Part shown: in pieces, positions 51,126 through 62,472 of the stretch
How positions within the stretch are numbered: position 1 is the first letter of the stretch
How the letters are laid out: every line of letters begins with the position of its first letter
DNA from: Hamiltosporidium tvaerminnensis FI-OER-3-3
Taxonomy: Eukaryota > Fungi > Microsporidia
Reading direction: 5' to 3'
Assembly (NCBI GenBank): GCA_022605425.2
Contig: CM061247.1
Span: 496,001 to 560,000 of the forward strand
Length of the DNA: 64,000 bases
Made by a program: the position numbers and the translations under genes
The notes under the pieces: model-generated
What the model was told of the DNA's origin: nothing
The model's input: the letters and a program-made list of their open reading frames with translations, nothing else
Databases searched by the model: none

Positions 51126-51264
51126 CCAATTAAATATTTCAAAATTTAATATACTTTATAAAGAAATAATATTTTTTTGAAAGTAAAATTAGATCATTTT
51201 CAAAACAAATAAAGATTTTTAACACAATCCAAGTAGATTCTAAATTTATTAAATCAAAAAATAT

Positions 51265-52359
51265 TCATTTTCTTTTAAAAAATGCTACAAAAAACCCTAT
51301 CGTTCCTAATTCAAGTGATGGATAAAATTTTAATACTTTTTTGTAAAAATTATACGATTTGTTACCTCTTTTTCCACTACACATTCTTCGTATTTTTTTT
51401 AATTTAAAATCTGGGTTTTTTTCCAGGACTTCTTTAACGACTTCTTCATTTTCTTCTTCGTGTATAGAACATGTAGAGTATACGATTTTATGTACTGAAG
51501 GAAATTTGAAACAGTGGTTGAGTAGCATCTTTTGAAAATTAGATAGTTTTTTTATCCTTTCGGTATTTTTTTGATAATAAGGGTGTAAACCAGAACCAGT
51601 ACACGACGGATCTGCCAAAATATGTGTTACCTCTTTATAATCCAGTGGATCTGTTCTTAAAAAGTCCATACATTTCGTATTAATATTATTTGCACCTGAA
51701 TTTAAAACATTTTCTTTTAAAATTTTATATCTTTGCTTATCTTTTTCAAAAGCATATATTTTCCCTTTATTGTTCATCAACATAGAAAGATGCGTAGTTT
51801 TGTTTCCTGGTGCTGCACAACAATCTACCACAAAAGATCGTTTACCAGGATTAAGAATATATGGCGGTATACACGTTACAACGTTCTGTATATAAAAAAA
51901 ATATTTTTTATAAAATTCATTTCTATAAAGCAAAGTATCATTTAATATCTCATAAACATCTGGAATATCAGTCCGTAAAACATCAAAACCTTCTAAAACA
52001 TTTGTATTTTTTTTCAATTTATTTATTCTAACAAATACTTTCTTAGGTTTATAAGATATTAAATCTATATTTTGCTTTTTTATTTTAATTATTAAGTCTG
52101 AATATTCTTTCAAAAATACTCTGTTTTCCAGCATTTCATAACATAATATTACACTTAAATATTTATTTTTTATGAAAAGACCCGTTTCTTTTACAATGGA
52201 TTTAATTTTTCTATAATTTGTTAAAACATTTTGCAACAAAGCTATATATTTGGCTGGTTGGGATTTCTTATAACAAATATTTCGTATTGTTCCACCCTTT
52301 TCTATTATTTCTTTTAAAATATTAGATGTTTCTATATAAAAACCGTCTATATTTGTCAT
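51265..52359 (-). CDS. NOL1/NOP2/Sun m5C rRNA methyltransferase, NSUN5/Rcm1-like
   Basis: VDCCAAPGNKTTHL, IYAFEKD..R, DPSCTGSG, KIVYSTCSIH.EENE.VV. Start moved to the CCC-preceded ATG at 52359. Confidence 0.9.
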   Translation of the reverse strand: MTNIDGFYIETSNILKEIIEKGGTIRNICYKKSQPAKYIALLQNVLTNYRKIKSIVKETGLFIKNKYLSVILCYEMLENRVFLKEYSDLIIKIKKQNIDLISYKPKKVFVRINKLKKNTNVLEGFDVLRTDIPDVYEILNDTLLYRNEFYKKYFFYIQNVVTCIPPYILNPGKRSFVVDCCAAPGNKTTHLSMLMNNKGKIYAFEKDKQRYKILKENVLNSGANNINTKCMDFLRTDPLDYKEVTHILADPSCTGSGLHPYYQKNTERIKKLSNFQKMLLNHCFKFPSVHKIVYSTCSIHEEENEEVVKEVLEKNPDFKLKKIRRMCSGKRGNKSYNFYKKVLKFYPSLELGTIGFFVAFFKRK

Positions 52360-53010
52360 TTTTTGGAGGGTAACTGCAATATTTTTCAAGATTTATTTTA
52401 AAACATTTCTGATTTATTAAGAAAAATACTTTTACGGGTAAAACAAGAAAACCAAAGTAAAAATTTCTTATATAAAACAGAAATGAGCTACAAACAAAGT
52501 AATTTATGAAAATACTCAAATGTATAAAGATTGAAACAGAAATACTCAAAAAAATTATATTTTTAAATTAATATTCAAATATTTTATTGCTATAATCAAC
52601 ATATTAAAAATATAATTTATATTTTTATTGCAAGATTTACTCAAAAAACTATCAATTGTCTATAAAAAATTAATATATGATTTTATTGATAACAATAAAA
52701 TGAGATAACACTTAAATCTGCATTCGAATATTTCTATTGTATTTTACCATATTTTGTGTCCTGTCCTTGAGTTATATGAATGTATTCAATAGTTAGGTTT
52801 TTAAAAAATTCATTTAAATTCCTGTGAATTTTTTACGGACTAAAATAATTTTATTTTAATATTTAAAATAAAAGAATTCAAATTCTGTTTTTTATTCCTT
52901 AAACAAATTAGTTTCTTCAAATAATTATTTATATCAATTCAATACAATTGAAGATCATTTCTTGTATTTTTTTTTGGTACTTTAATTTTGAGATACGACT
53001 TAAACCCTTA

Positions 53011-53826
53011 ATGAAACTACTAAGAAAGACTTTTTGGACACTTGATGATTTTGAATTAGGAAAGCCTTTAGGTAGAGGTAGATTTGGACAGGTTTGGTTG
53101 GTACGAGAAAAGAGAAGTAAAATCATTGTAGCTCTAAAAATGATAACGAAAAGTCAAGTAACTGGTTCAGATAATATAAAACAACTACGAAGGGAATTAG
53201 AAATACATTCAAATCTAAAACACGAAAATATTATTAGAATGTACGGGTATTTTTATGATAGTGAACGCGTTTATTTAATTATGGAATATGCGGGTGGAGG
53301 AGAACTTTTTGATATTTTACGAGCCAAAGGAAAATTTAGTGAGTGTGAGTCTTCAAAATACATTTATCAAGTTGCCCGGGCTTTGCAAAGTATGCATTTC
53401 AATTCTGTTATTCATAGAGACATTAAACCAGAAAATATATTGGTTGGATGTGACGATAAATTAAAAATTAGTGATTTTGGATGGTCTGTTACCAACAGAG
53501 ATCATAATAGGTATACGTATTGTGGTACCTATGAGTATATTCCACCTGAGATGCACAGGAACAAAAAACATTCTTCTTTTGTAGATCTTTGGTGTCTTGG
53601 AATTTTATGTTTTGAATTTTTAGTAGGACAGACACCATTCCATACCAGTAATGGTAATCACGCTGAATCGAGTAGAAAAGCAGTTAATCTTGATTATACA
53701 ATCCCAAGCTTTATTTCTTCAAGTGCATCTGATTTTATAAAAAAATTATTGGTTTCTGAACCAAATTCTCGTATGAGAATAGAAGATGTATTTAATCATC
53801 CGTGGATTAAAAAATATAATTCTTAA
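53011..53826 (+). CDS. IPL1: Aurora/Ipl1 kinase
   Basis: WTLDDFELGKPLGRGRFG.V.L.REK, QLRRELEI..NL.H.NI, HRDIKPEN, DFGWSV, YCGT. Start at the CCC-preceded ATG 53011. Confidence 0.93.
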   Translation: MKLLRKTFWTLDDFELGKPLGRGRFGQVWLVREKRSKIIVALKMITKSQVTGSDNIKQLRRELEIHSNLKHENIIRMYGYFYDSERVYLIMEYAGGGELFDILRAKGKFSECESSKYIYQVARALQSMHFNSVIHRDIKPENILVGCDDKLKISDFGWSVTNRDHNRYTYCGTYEYIPPEMHRNKKHSSFVDLWCLGILCFEFLVGQTPFHTSNGNHAESSRKAVNLDYTIPSFISSSASDFIKKLLVSEPNSRMRIEDVFNHPWIKKYNS

Positions 53827-54643
53827 CAAATTCTGATGTATTTTTAAATAAAAGAATTTAAGATAGATTTATAAAAAATTATGTTTTTCTAAATTAAACA
53901 ACGATCCAAATTTTTTTACTTTTTAAAGAATTAAATATGAAAATAAAGTGTGGAACAAAATTTTCAAAGAAAATGTTTCTTAAATCTTTGATTTATCTTC
54001 TAAATTTTTGTATTTTCTATTTTTTTTATCTTAAATTAAAAAAAAAGTATTATTTGTTTCTATAGTAGTATTGATTTTTAAAAATATGATACTTGTAAAT
54101 TTGTTATAAAATTTGTATTTTTTTTATTTTAAGGCATACATACGTACTTTAAATTTTTTTAAAATATGGTTGAAATAGAATAAAATATTTTTTTATTAAA
54201 ATCCGAAACGTATTTCAAAGTAATTATTTTTATTTCAAGAGAATTTGTAAATTAATTATAAAAAATGAGATTAAAAGTAATACATATTTATGTCTTTTAT
54301 TAGAAATATTTATTAGGAGGAATTAATGAAAGCGATAATTTTTTAAAAATTTAGTGTGGATGAAATTTCAAAAGTACAAAATGTAAATGAAAAAATAAAT
54401 TATTAAGAGAACATAATTACGAATAGAGAACAAAGACGACAATAAAATTATAATTTTGAATGTAAATTATAATTTAAATATTAGAAAAGCATAACTAACA
54501 AGTACCAAACGATACTCGAAAAAAATATAATTTTTAATGCAAATTGATTATTCATTGAAATAACGATATTTAACCGCATAAAGATACGTTGGTATAAGAT
54601 TATTTTTTGTTTTAATAATTTGATTTTTTGTGCCCCTCATTTC

Positions 54644-55711
54644 ATGACAATTGAAAATTTAGATAAAGTAAAGAAGCAAATTGAGTTTTACTTTAGCGAT
54701 TCAAATTTCAGAGTGGACAAATTTTTAAGAACAGAAGCTTTGAAAAATGATGGCTGGATTGATATTCAAACGATTCTTACATTCAAAAAAATGAAGGAAT
54801 ATAATACTACACTAGAAATGGTGAAAACTGCTATGAATGGAAGTACTTTGGTAGAAATCAATGATGATAAAATAAAGAAAATAGAGAGTGAAAAATATAA
54901 AGAATATATCATGAAAGAAGAGCATTCTTCTTCTTTTGCAGTGGTTAAAGGATTCGATATTCATATGTCGTTTGAAGAAATTGAAATATTTTTATCTGAA
55001 TTTGTCAAACCAAGACTGATTAGAATGAGAAAAGACAGAGAAAGAAAATTTAATGGTACAGTGTTTGTAGAATTGGGATCTGAAGAAGAGATAAATGAAT
55101 TTTTAAAGTTGAAAATAAAGAAACCAATTTTAAAAAATGAAGTCTCTTTACCCGAAAAAAACGAGGATTCCGTTACAAAACATGATGATGATATTAAAAA
55201 AGAAAAAATTGATTCTCAAAAAGAAACCAAGGAAGAAGCTTTGGTAGAAGATAGTTTGTCAGAAGACGCAATTCTAAAAAATAAAGGTACTGGAAAACGA
55301 GAACGTGAAGATGCAGGCGAAGATTGTGATCGTATCAAAAGAGTTAAGACTGAAGCTAATGATTTCTTGGTTCTCATAAAAATGAATGATTATTTAAAAG
55401 AAGTTCCATCTAAACCAACTGAAAGTGAAAAACTTATTAAATCAATGGAAGGTAAATTTTATAAATTTGAAGCTGAAGGAAGTATTGATATTAAAACTGT
55501 TAAAAGAATCATTCCGGGCGTTGCATTTGTGGATACACAAAAAAACACTCTAAGATTTAAACATGTTCCAGAGTTCGAAACCAAAGATTTTGAAAGTGAA
55601 GATATTAAAATTAAAGTTACCAAATTAAATAAAACAGAAAGCGATGAGTATACGTCCGGACTTAATTTAAAACCCAAACCCGTAAAAAAAGGTCGTAGGA
55701 GAAGAAATTAA
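54644..55711 (+). CDS. LHP1: La protein (La motif + RRM)
   Basis: KQIEFYFSDSN...DKFL...DGWI.I..I.TFKKM, RRM (IRMRK...FNGTVFVE), basic C-terminal NLS. Confidence 0.9.
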   Translation: MTIENLDKVKKQIEFYFSDSNFRVDKFLRTEALKNDGWIDIQTILTFKKMKEYNTTLEMVKTAMNGSTLVEINDDKIKKIESEKYKEYIMKEEHSSSFAVVKGFDIHMSFEEIEIFLSEFVKPRLIRMRKDRERKFNGTVFVELGSEEEINEFLKLKIKKPILKNEVSLPEKNEDSVTKHDDDIKKEKIDSQKETKEEALVEDSLSEDAILKNKGTGKREREDAGEDCDRIKRVKTEANDFLVLIKMNDYLKEVPSKPTESEKLIKSMEGKFYKFEAEGSIDIKTVKRIIPGVAFVDTQKNTLRFKHVPEFETKDFESEDIKIKVTKLNKTESDEYTSGLNLKPKPVKKGRRRRN

Positions 55712-55854
55712 TTAAATCCGTTTTTATTTACAATTAGACCTATTTTTATCTTAAATATTTTAATAAAAAACTAATATTGATATGTTCTTAAAAGAAGAAT
55801 ATTCGACTCTATTTAATTAAAATATTTGTTAAAACATAAATATTTTTTAAAATT

Positions 55855-56471
55855 TTATGCATTTCATTCTACCTCATTGACCACCATCTTTTCTTTTTCT
55901 GAATTCGAATTTCATTTATGCTTTTCGGTTTCTTTAGTGTGGTTTCTCTTGCATCTCTGCTCTCATAATAACATACATTGACGCTCTCCCCCAGCTCTCT
56001 TCGGCATTTAGTCCTGACTCAAGTCCTCTTCGTCGGTCAAAGGAAATTGTTTCGACTGTTTTCTTAAGTACTATAGACTGAATGTATGCCTCTACATTCA
56101 TGGGTATTTCTAGTCTTTTAAGGTGTGACTTATGATATTTTGTCACAATACCGTCCCAGGTTATCACATAAGGGATTATCTTAACACTACACTTAGAAAT
56201 AAGACCTAACTCATTAGCTAGCAAGTCATACTTCCTAAGTTTTTCAGTTTCAACTATTTGAAGTGAATCTTGGGAAGTAATTCCTTCTTCAATGAGTGTT
56301 ATTGTATTCTTCTTCGTATCTAAAATAAATATGTCGGGTCTGTTATTCCGAATTTTAACATCAGTTTTTATTCTGGTGTCCACTCTTATCTCTGCATCCT
56401 CATTATCAAGAATTTCTTCAACAGAGTGAATCCTAATTCGTTTTGAGGACTTAAACTTATATCTATTTAAA
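55855..56471 (-). mobile_element. 5'-truncated RLE-type (R4/Dong-like) non-LTR retrotransposon, endonuclease domain in frame
   Basis: NNRPDIFI.D....I.LIE.GIT...EKLRKYD.L (PD-(D/E)xK restriction-like endonuclease). The frame continues upstream as LNRYKFKSSKRIRIHSV. Confidence 0.9.
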
Positions 56472-56982
56472 ACATTTCAATAAATTATGAATTATTATAA
56501 AAAATTTAAACTTTGTCCTTAAATAGCCATTTGAATGGGAATTAAATTGAGTAAATTATTGTCTTTGTTGACAGTCTTTTCAAAATTTAATTAGATGATT
56601 CGTAGAGATTTATTTTAAATGTTAAACATAGAAGAAAGGATATCTACCTAAGTATTTCAAAAAGTAAACCATGTGAGACCTTGATCTTTAAAACATTTTG
56701 TATCCATCTTTAATGCATATAGGCCAATAGATCTAATAAAAAACACTTTTACAGTAATTTCATTTCAACAATAAATTTATAAACTTTAATACTAAATTAA
56801 TCTTCACATTCCATTTTTTTTATATTTTTTTTCAATGCAATAATTAAAATTTAATTTTTAATTTACTTTTAAGACTATTTGAAAGACACTAATAAATAAA
56901 AACTTTTGAGATAGAAATTATTTTTTTATCGTTTCTTATTTGAAAATAACAAAAATAAAAAAAAACCACCCCCAATAAAAAT

Positions 56983-57930
56983 ATGGGAAATGATACAATC
57001 TTGATGGCCACCATGACTTTTACGATTTCTGCACTTCTTTGTGTGGTACCAAAAATTTTAACAAAAATAAAACATGTTAAGACTGCTTTTCCATACATGA
57101 CTGTTTTTTCTGCTGGTTTGATGCTTTCAGTAATTCTCCAAGATTTTATACCACATTTGACATCCGATGGATGTCATTCATCAAATACTAAAATATGCCC
57201 AGTTCATAAAAAAACAATAAGTAAATGCCCAGATGATTGTAGTGCCAAACAAAAATCTCTAGATGATCATCATCATGGTCATAAGCACCACGATCATTCA
57301 TCGGGTGCTCATAGTCATTTTAATTATGGATTTTTGATTGCTGGAGTTACGTTTATATTTTTATTAGGAATTGATTCTATTGTTTTGAAGCATTCTCATT
57401 GTGATAATCGAGATTTGATTGAAAATCATCATTTACATGATCATGATAAATTTGGGTCTTGTAATACTGAATCATTGAAATATTCTACTTCAAAATTGCA
57501 AGCTTTCGTTTTTTTAATTTCGCTTTCTGTTCATTCATTTTTCGAAGGATTGGTTTTTAATGGTTCTGGTTCAATGAAAACCTATGAAATCGGTGTTCTT
57601 ATCCATAAGGCATTGGAATCTTTTGCACTCGGTGTTACAATATTTTCTACCAAATTTTCCAAAGTTACCATATTTCTTCTCATTTTTGTTTATTCTCTTC
57701 TGACTCCTCTAGGAATTGTTCTTGCAAATGGAATATCTCTAAATCATATAACAGAAAATATATTTAATGGATTGGCACTTGGTAGTACACTTTTTATTAT
57801 TTTTGTTGAAATGATTCCACCCAATTTTCATTCTTCAGACGATAATATTGCCAAAGTGGCTGTTTTGTTTGCTGGATATTCTCTTACCTCTCTTGTTATT
57901 TTTTTAATGCATTTGAATAATAGTGTTTAA
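56983..57930 (+). CDS. ZIP (Zrt/Irt-like) zinc transporter
   Basis: FSAGLML, His-rich loops, SLSVHSFFEG and HKALESFALG (TM4/TM5 metal sites), TPLGI. Confidence 0.93.
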   Translation: MGNDTILMATMTFTISALLCVVPKILTKIKHVKTAFPYMTVFSAGLMLSVILQDFIPHLTSDGCHSSNTKICPVHKKTISKCPDDCSAKQKSLDDHHHGHKHHDHSSGAHSHFNYGFLIAGVTFIFLLGIDSIVLKHSHCDNRDLIENHHLHDHDKFGSCNTESLKYSTSKLQAFVFLISLSVHSFFEGLVFNGSGSMKTYEIGVLIHKALESFALGVTIFSTKFSKVTIFLLIFVYSLLTPLGIVLANGISLNHITENIFNGLALGSTLFIIFVEMIPPNFHSSDDNIAKVAVLFAGYSLTSLVIFLMHLNNSV

Positions 57931-58479
57931 TAAAAAGAATTATTTAAATTTTTTATTTTTAACTGTTTTATTCTTGTTTGCTACTGTATTTAAAAAAGTC
58001 TTAATTTTTAAATTCTTTTTAAACATAAAAAAATTATAAAATACCAAATATATTTTTAAATTTTAAATTTTTTTTTCATAAAATGTAATGTTTGTCATAA
58101 AGAAAATTTTTTTCTAAGAAATTAAAGAAACATTCAAGTTTTAAGAAAAAATATTTTTCAAGAATTACTTATTTGATAAATTAAAAACGAAGCATAAATA
58201 GATGGAATAAATATAAAGTAGAAGAATTGATGTCTAAAAAATTCAATAAGAAATTTAAAAATGAATAAATAATTTCTCAACTGCTTTTGTTACTTTAGTC
58301 AATCTTTTCCCATTTTTATTTGATTAAATAAATCTATAAAAATGTTTTATTTTAATTAAATTGGTAAATAAATTGTCATTGTAATAAAGTTTTTAAATAA
58401 TAGAAATAGGCTCACTAAACTGTACAATATTTTAGAAATTTCTTCTTTATACTTTGATTTTTATGATTTTATTTATTAA

Positions 58480-58590
58480 AATTCTGGGTTAAAAACTATT
58501 TATGGCTTTTATTAAATCTCCTTTTATCTCTTTAACCACTAATGTTTCTTCTTCTAAATCCGACTTGGTTTTGATTATTATTTTTAAATT
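58480..58590 (-). mobile_element. Extreme 3' tip of the RLE-type element
   Basis: TTCTTCTAAATCCGACTT shared with 4579-4596; encodes SDLEEETLVVKE. Confidence 0.65.
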
Positions 58591-59185
58591 TATTAAATTT
58601 GTAAGAAAAAATAGGAAGATCATCTAATTTAAATGCCTAGAATCTAATATCTTATATTTTTAATTGATAATCGAGTAACTCAGGTCCATTTGATTTAATT
58701 TTACAATTTAATTTTGATCAAAGTACGAACAAAAAATTAATAATACAATTTCATATTTTAAAGTTAGAACAATCTAGTATATTTCTATATTATTAAGATT
58801 AGCTTAGAATCTTATACATTTTTAAAAAAAGATTATAAATACAAATCAAAACCATCATAAAATCATAATCTAAGTGATTTTTTTTATCGTTTTTATAAAT
58901 TCCTTGGATTTTAATTTAGAATTAATGTTTGAACTTAAAATATATTATCCTTGGATTATATAAACCAATTTTTAGATGTAAGAATTTAAATCTCAAAATG
59001 CAAGAATTTTGAATTTTATTTTTCAAAATGTAAATTTTTTTTTAAATTATAATTTTTGAAAATCAAACTGAAAATTTATTTTACATTTTACCTAACGATT
59101 TAAAAAATTGCACATTTTTGAATAAAAACATAATTTTTTTTAAATTAAAGAATTATAATCAAAAAAAATTCGAATCCCTTTTTAT

Positions 59186-61177
59186 ATGGGAGTACCTTCA
59201 TTATTTAGATGGTTAGTAGAAAAATATCCTGATATTATTGAAAAAGCGCCAAGTAAAGAACAAACAGATGGTCTTTATTTGGATTTTAATGGTATAATTC
59301 ATAATTCTTCAAAACCAACTGCAAAGGAATCTCCTAAATCTGAAAATGAAATATTTGAAAATATTTTTAAAAGAACTTCGACGATGGTTGAAATTGTAAG
59401 ACCGATCGAACTTTTATATATTTCAATCGATGGCGTAGCTCCTAGAGCCAAGTTATATCAACAGAGAGGAAGAAGATATCGATCTGCGATTGAGACATTA
59501 GAATCTGGAAAAAGATTTTTTGCACAAAAAAGAGATTCAAATTTGGAAGCAGCTGTTCAAGAAGCAATGGATACAGTTAAAAGTGCAGATATACTGACAG
59601 AACCCATCGAAACGGAGGAAATCGAATCTTCTAAAAACAATATGTCTTTTGAACACATAAAAGAAGAATTGTTGGATATTTCATCTGAGGATCAAGAAAT
59701 TTTTGATTCTAATGCTATAACACCAGGAACAGATTTTATGGAAAACCTTGAAAATAAAATAAAAAAATTTATTCAATATAAAATCAGTACCGATGAACTT
59801 TGGAAAGGATTAACTGTTATTTATAACGGTTCATATGTTCCAGGTGAAGGAGAACAAAAAATTATTTCATTTATCCGATCACAAAAAAAACTTAGGAAGA
59901 ATTTCAGACACACGATTTACAGTCCAGACGCAGATTTAATTTTTTTAGGACTTCTTTTACACGAAAAAAATGTTAAAATTTTACGTGAAGATGTTTTCTA
60001 CCAAGAAAAAGAAAAAAAGAGTTTTTGTCGAAATTGCAATAATAAAGGGCATTCGTTTTCAAACTGTGGATCAGCAGATTTTAAAAATTATCTTTATACG
60101 TTTGTTTCTGTTTTACGAAGACATCTTGAAACCGTGTTTAAAGAACACATTAAAAGATCTTTCGATTGTCACAGAATAATTGATGATTTTGTTTTTTTAT
60201 GCTTTTTTGCTGGAAATGATTTCATACCAACGCTTCCATGCTTTGATATTCGATTTGAAGCCATCGAGAAAATAACACAAATGCAGATAAATAATTTCCA
60301 AAAATATGGAAAATATTTGACAAATAAATCACAGGTAGATTTTGAAACATTAAGAACGTTTCTTGTGACTTTGGCTGGTGAAGAAGATGAGTTGTATATT
60401 AAAAAAACCAGTTATATTTCAATGCTAAGAAAAAAGTTTAATCAACCTGGTATTTTTGAAAGAATCAGTCTTAATACATCGAAAGGTCGTATGCTTTATT
60501 ATAAGGCAAAAATGAAAGTCACTAACGATTCTGAAATTCAACAGGCTTGTAGAAATTATATCGAAGGATTGGCATGGGTATTCGGTTATTACTATAGTGG
60601 AGTAAAGAGTTGGGATTGGTATTATTCATATCATTTTGCACCGCTCGCAAGAGATTTGTCACGTGTCAGTGGATTTAGTCCAAAATTTAATCTTGGAAAA
60701 CCATTGAGACCGCTTGAACAAATTATGGTTGTAATTCCACCAATGAGTAAAAATATTGTTCCTGAACAACTTCACACAATATTTGAAGATAACAAAGATA
60801 TGTTCCCTACGACAGTAAAAATTGATATGTTTGATAAATTACTTCCCTGGCAAGGAGTTGTTGTTTTGCCTTTCGTTAATATAAATTCAATTCTTCAACA
60901 GGTTTCTAAAAAAATATCTGAATTAAATTTAAAAGATACGCTAAGAAACATTGAAGGCAATGAATATATTTTCATTGGAGATAAAAATATATTTTATACT
61001 ATTTTAGATGAAATGTACACTAAGTGTAAATTGTCTGCTGATTTTGGACAGCGAGGATTTACTGGAAGAGCCTTTCCATATTGCTATTCCGAATTTCCGG
61101 GTGAAAAATTGACTTTGATAGAAGGAACTGAATTTGAAAACCACGCTATGTGCGCCATTTATAAAATGGAAAAATGA
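59186..61177 (+). CDS. XRN2: 5'-3' exoribonuclease Xrn2/Rat1-like
   Basis: MGVPSLFRWL, LYLDFNGIIH, IDGVAPRAK..QQR.RR, FDSNAITPGT.FM, PGEGEQKI, DADLI, GNDF.P, plus a CxxCxxxGHxxxxC knuckle as in Xrn2. Confidence 0.93.
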   Translation: MGVPSLFRWLVEKYPDIIEKAPSKEQTDGLYLDFNGIIHNSSKPTAKESPKSENEIFENIFKRTSTMVEIVRPIELLYISIDGVAPRAKLYQQRGRRYRSAIETLESGKRFFAQKRDSNLEAAVQEAMDTVKSADILTEPIETEEIESSKNNMSFEHIKEELLDISSEDQEIFDSNAITPGTDFMENLENKIKKFIQYKISTDELWKGLTVIYNGSYVPGEGEQKIISFIRSQKKLRKNFRHTIYSPDADLIFLGLLLHEKNVKILREDVFYQEKEKKSFCRNCNNKGHSFSNCGSADFKNYLYTFVSVLRRHLETVFKEHIKRSFDCHRIIDDFVFLCFFAGNDFIPTLPCFDIRFEAIEKITQMQINNFQKYGKYLTNKSQVDFETLRTFLVTLAGEEDELYIKKTSYISMLRKKFNQPGIFERISLNTSKGRMLYYKAKMKVTNDSEIQQACRNYIEGLAWVFGYYYSGVKSWDWYYSYHFAPLARDLSRVSGFSPKFNLGKPLRPLEQIMVVIPPMSKNIVPEQLHTIFEDNKDMFPTTVKIDMFDKLLPWQGVVVLPFVNINSILQQVSKKISELNLKDTLRNIEGNEYIFIGDKNIFYTILDEMYTKCKLSADFGQRGFTGRAFPYCYSEFPGEKLTLIEGTEFENHAMCAIYKMEK

Positions 61178-62149
61178 ATTTAAATCAAATAAAAATTTAA
61201 AATTATTTTATTTTTTTTTCTAAATCTTTCTGCTTCTTAATTTACAGTTTTGCTTTTCTAAATTCTTCAATCTTTAATTCTAAATTTTGCAATTTCCAAA
61301 TCATATATCTTTCAAACTTTTTAAACTTTAGATCGTTGGAAAACATAAGTAAATATTTAAACTGATTTTGGAAGAAAATAAATGGAAAAAATTAAATATT
61401 CAATAAAAATTTTATATCTGAATTATTTGATTAATTGAACTCGGCATGTATAATATCAATAATCAAATGGTATTTATAAATTTTCTATTATTAGAAATTA
61501 TTTTGGTTTTTAAAAGCTCTGTATTTATTTATATACAAAGACGTAACAATTATATAAAAGCCAATATTTGCTTCAAAGCAAAACGCTGAAATAAAAAAGA
61601 ATAGTAAAGCATGTATAAATATAAATATAAAAATAAACTATTAGACATATAATTATATTGTTTTCACCAACAATTATAAAAAAACACATAAGTAAAACTA
61701 TTCATACTTGATCAATAGCGGAATAATTTTCTAAATATAGAAAAAAACAATATATCAAGATTTTGGTGTAACAAAAATTTTTTTCGCTAGGATTAAAAAA
61801 GGAATCAATTTTAATAAATTAACCTACTCTATTAGGCAATAAAAACGATAACTATATGTAAAAATATATTTTTATTCATTATTTTAACGAATTAATATAA
61901 TAAGGAAGTGTTCAAATTAACATTTTTTTAAGCACAAATATGCAGAAAAAGAAAATGAAACAGTTATGTATAAAAATTAATTGACCAATTTTTGCTATAA
62001 ATACTTTTATCTAAGTTTTTGTTACTCGATTATCCTCTAGATTTTTACGTTACTTTTAATTTATAAGTAGGTTAAACTATTTATAGACACAAATTATATA
62101 ATTGCAAGGTATTTCACCTTTTGAAATTATTAAAGATCTTTTTTCTTTA

Positions 62150-62300
62150 TAATTCTGACGAGAATTGGAAATGATTTATATATGTCATCCAAGGAGCTGG
62201 GAGACTCGGAAAACATATATACCCACCCTACATTAATGCGTAAGAAATTTTGGAGCAATGAAATGCTAGACTTTATGAACAGAATAGTGTGGATAACATT
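62150..62300 (+). pseudogene. Possible decayed LTR-retrotransposon integrase fragment
   Basis: ILTRIGNDL..SKELG...IYTHP...SNEM...MNR loosely follows the rve pattern TDNG.EF..LGI.H..T.PY.PQSNG..ER.NR. Confidence 0.3.
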
Positions 62301-62472
62301 TTCGAAATCAAAATATGGAAAAGAGTCAGATATTAAATATAGGTCAAATAACCTGACAATTAGATAGAATAAGCAAGAAAAGAAAAAGAAATATAACATT
62401 GAATAGAATTTAGTTTTTTATGGAACATTTTTACTGTGCAAAATTGTATAAAGTATTCAGATAGTTTTAAAG

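Noticed and set aside
11754-60179. Short ORFs overlapping real genes (e.g. 11754, 12009, 15083, 28746, 33796, 42731, 51733, 52929, 55459, 56889, 59970)
   Set aside because: Antisense or alternate-frame shadows of conserved CDSs with no motif support.
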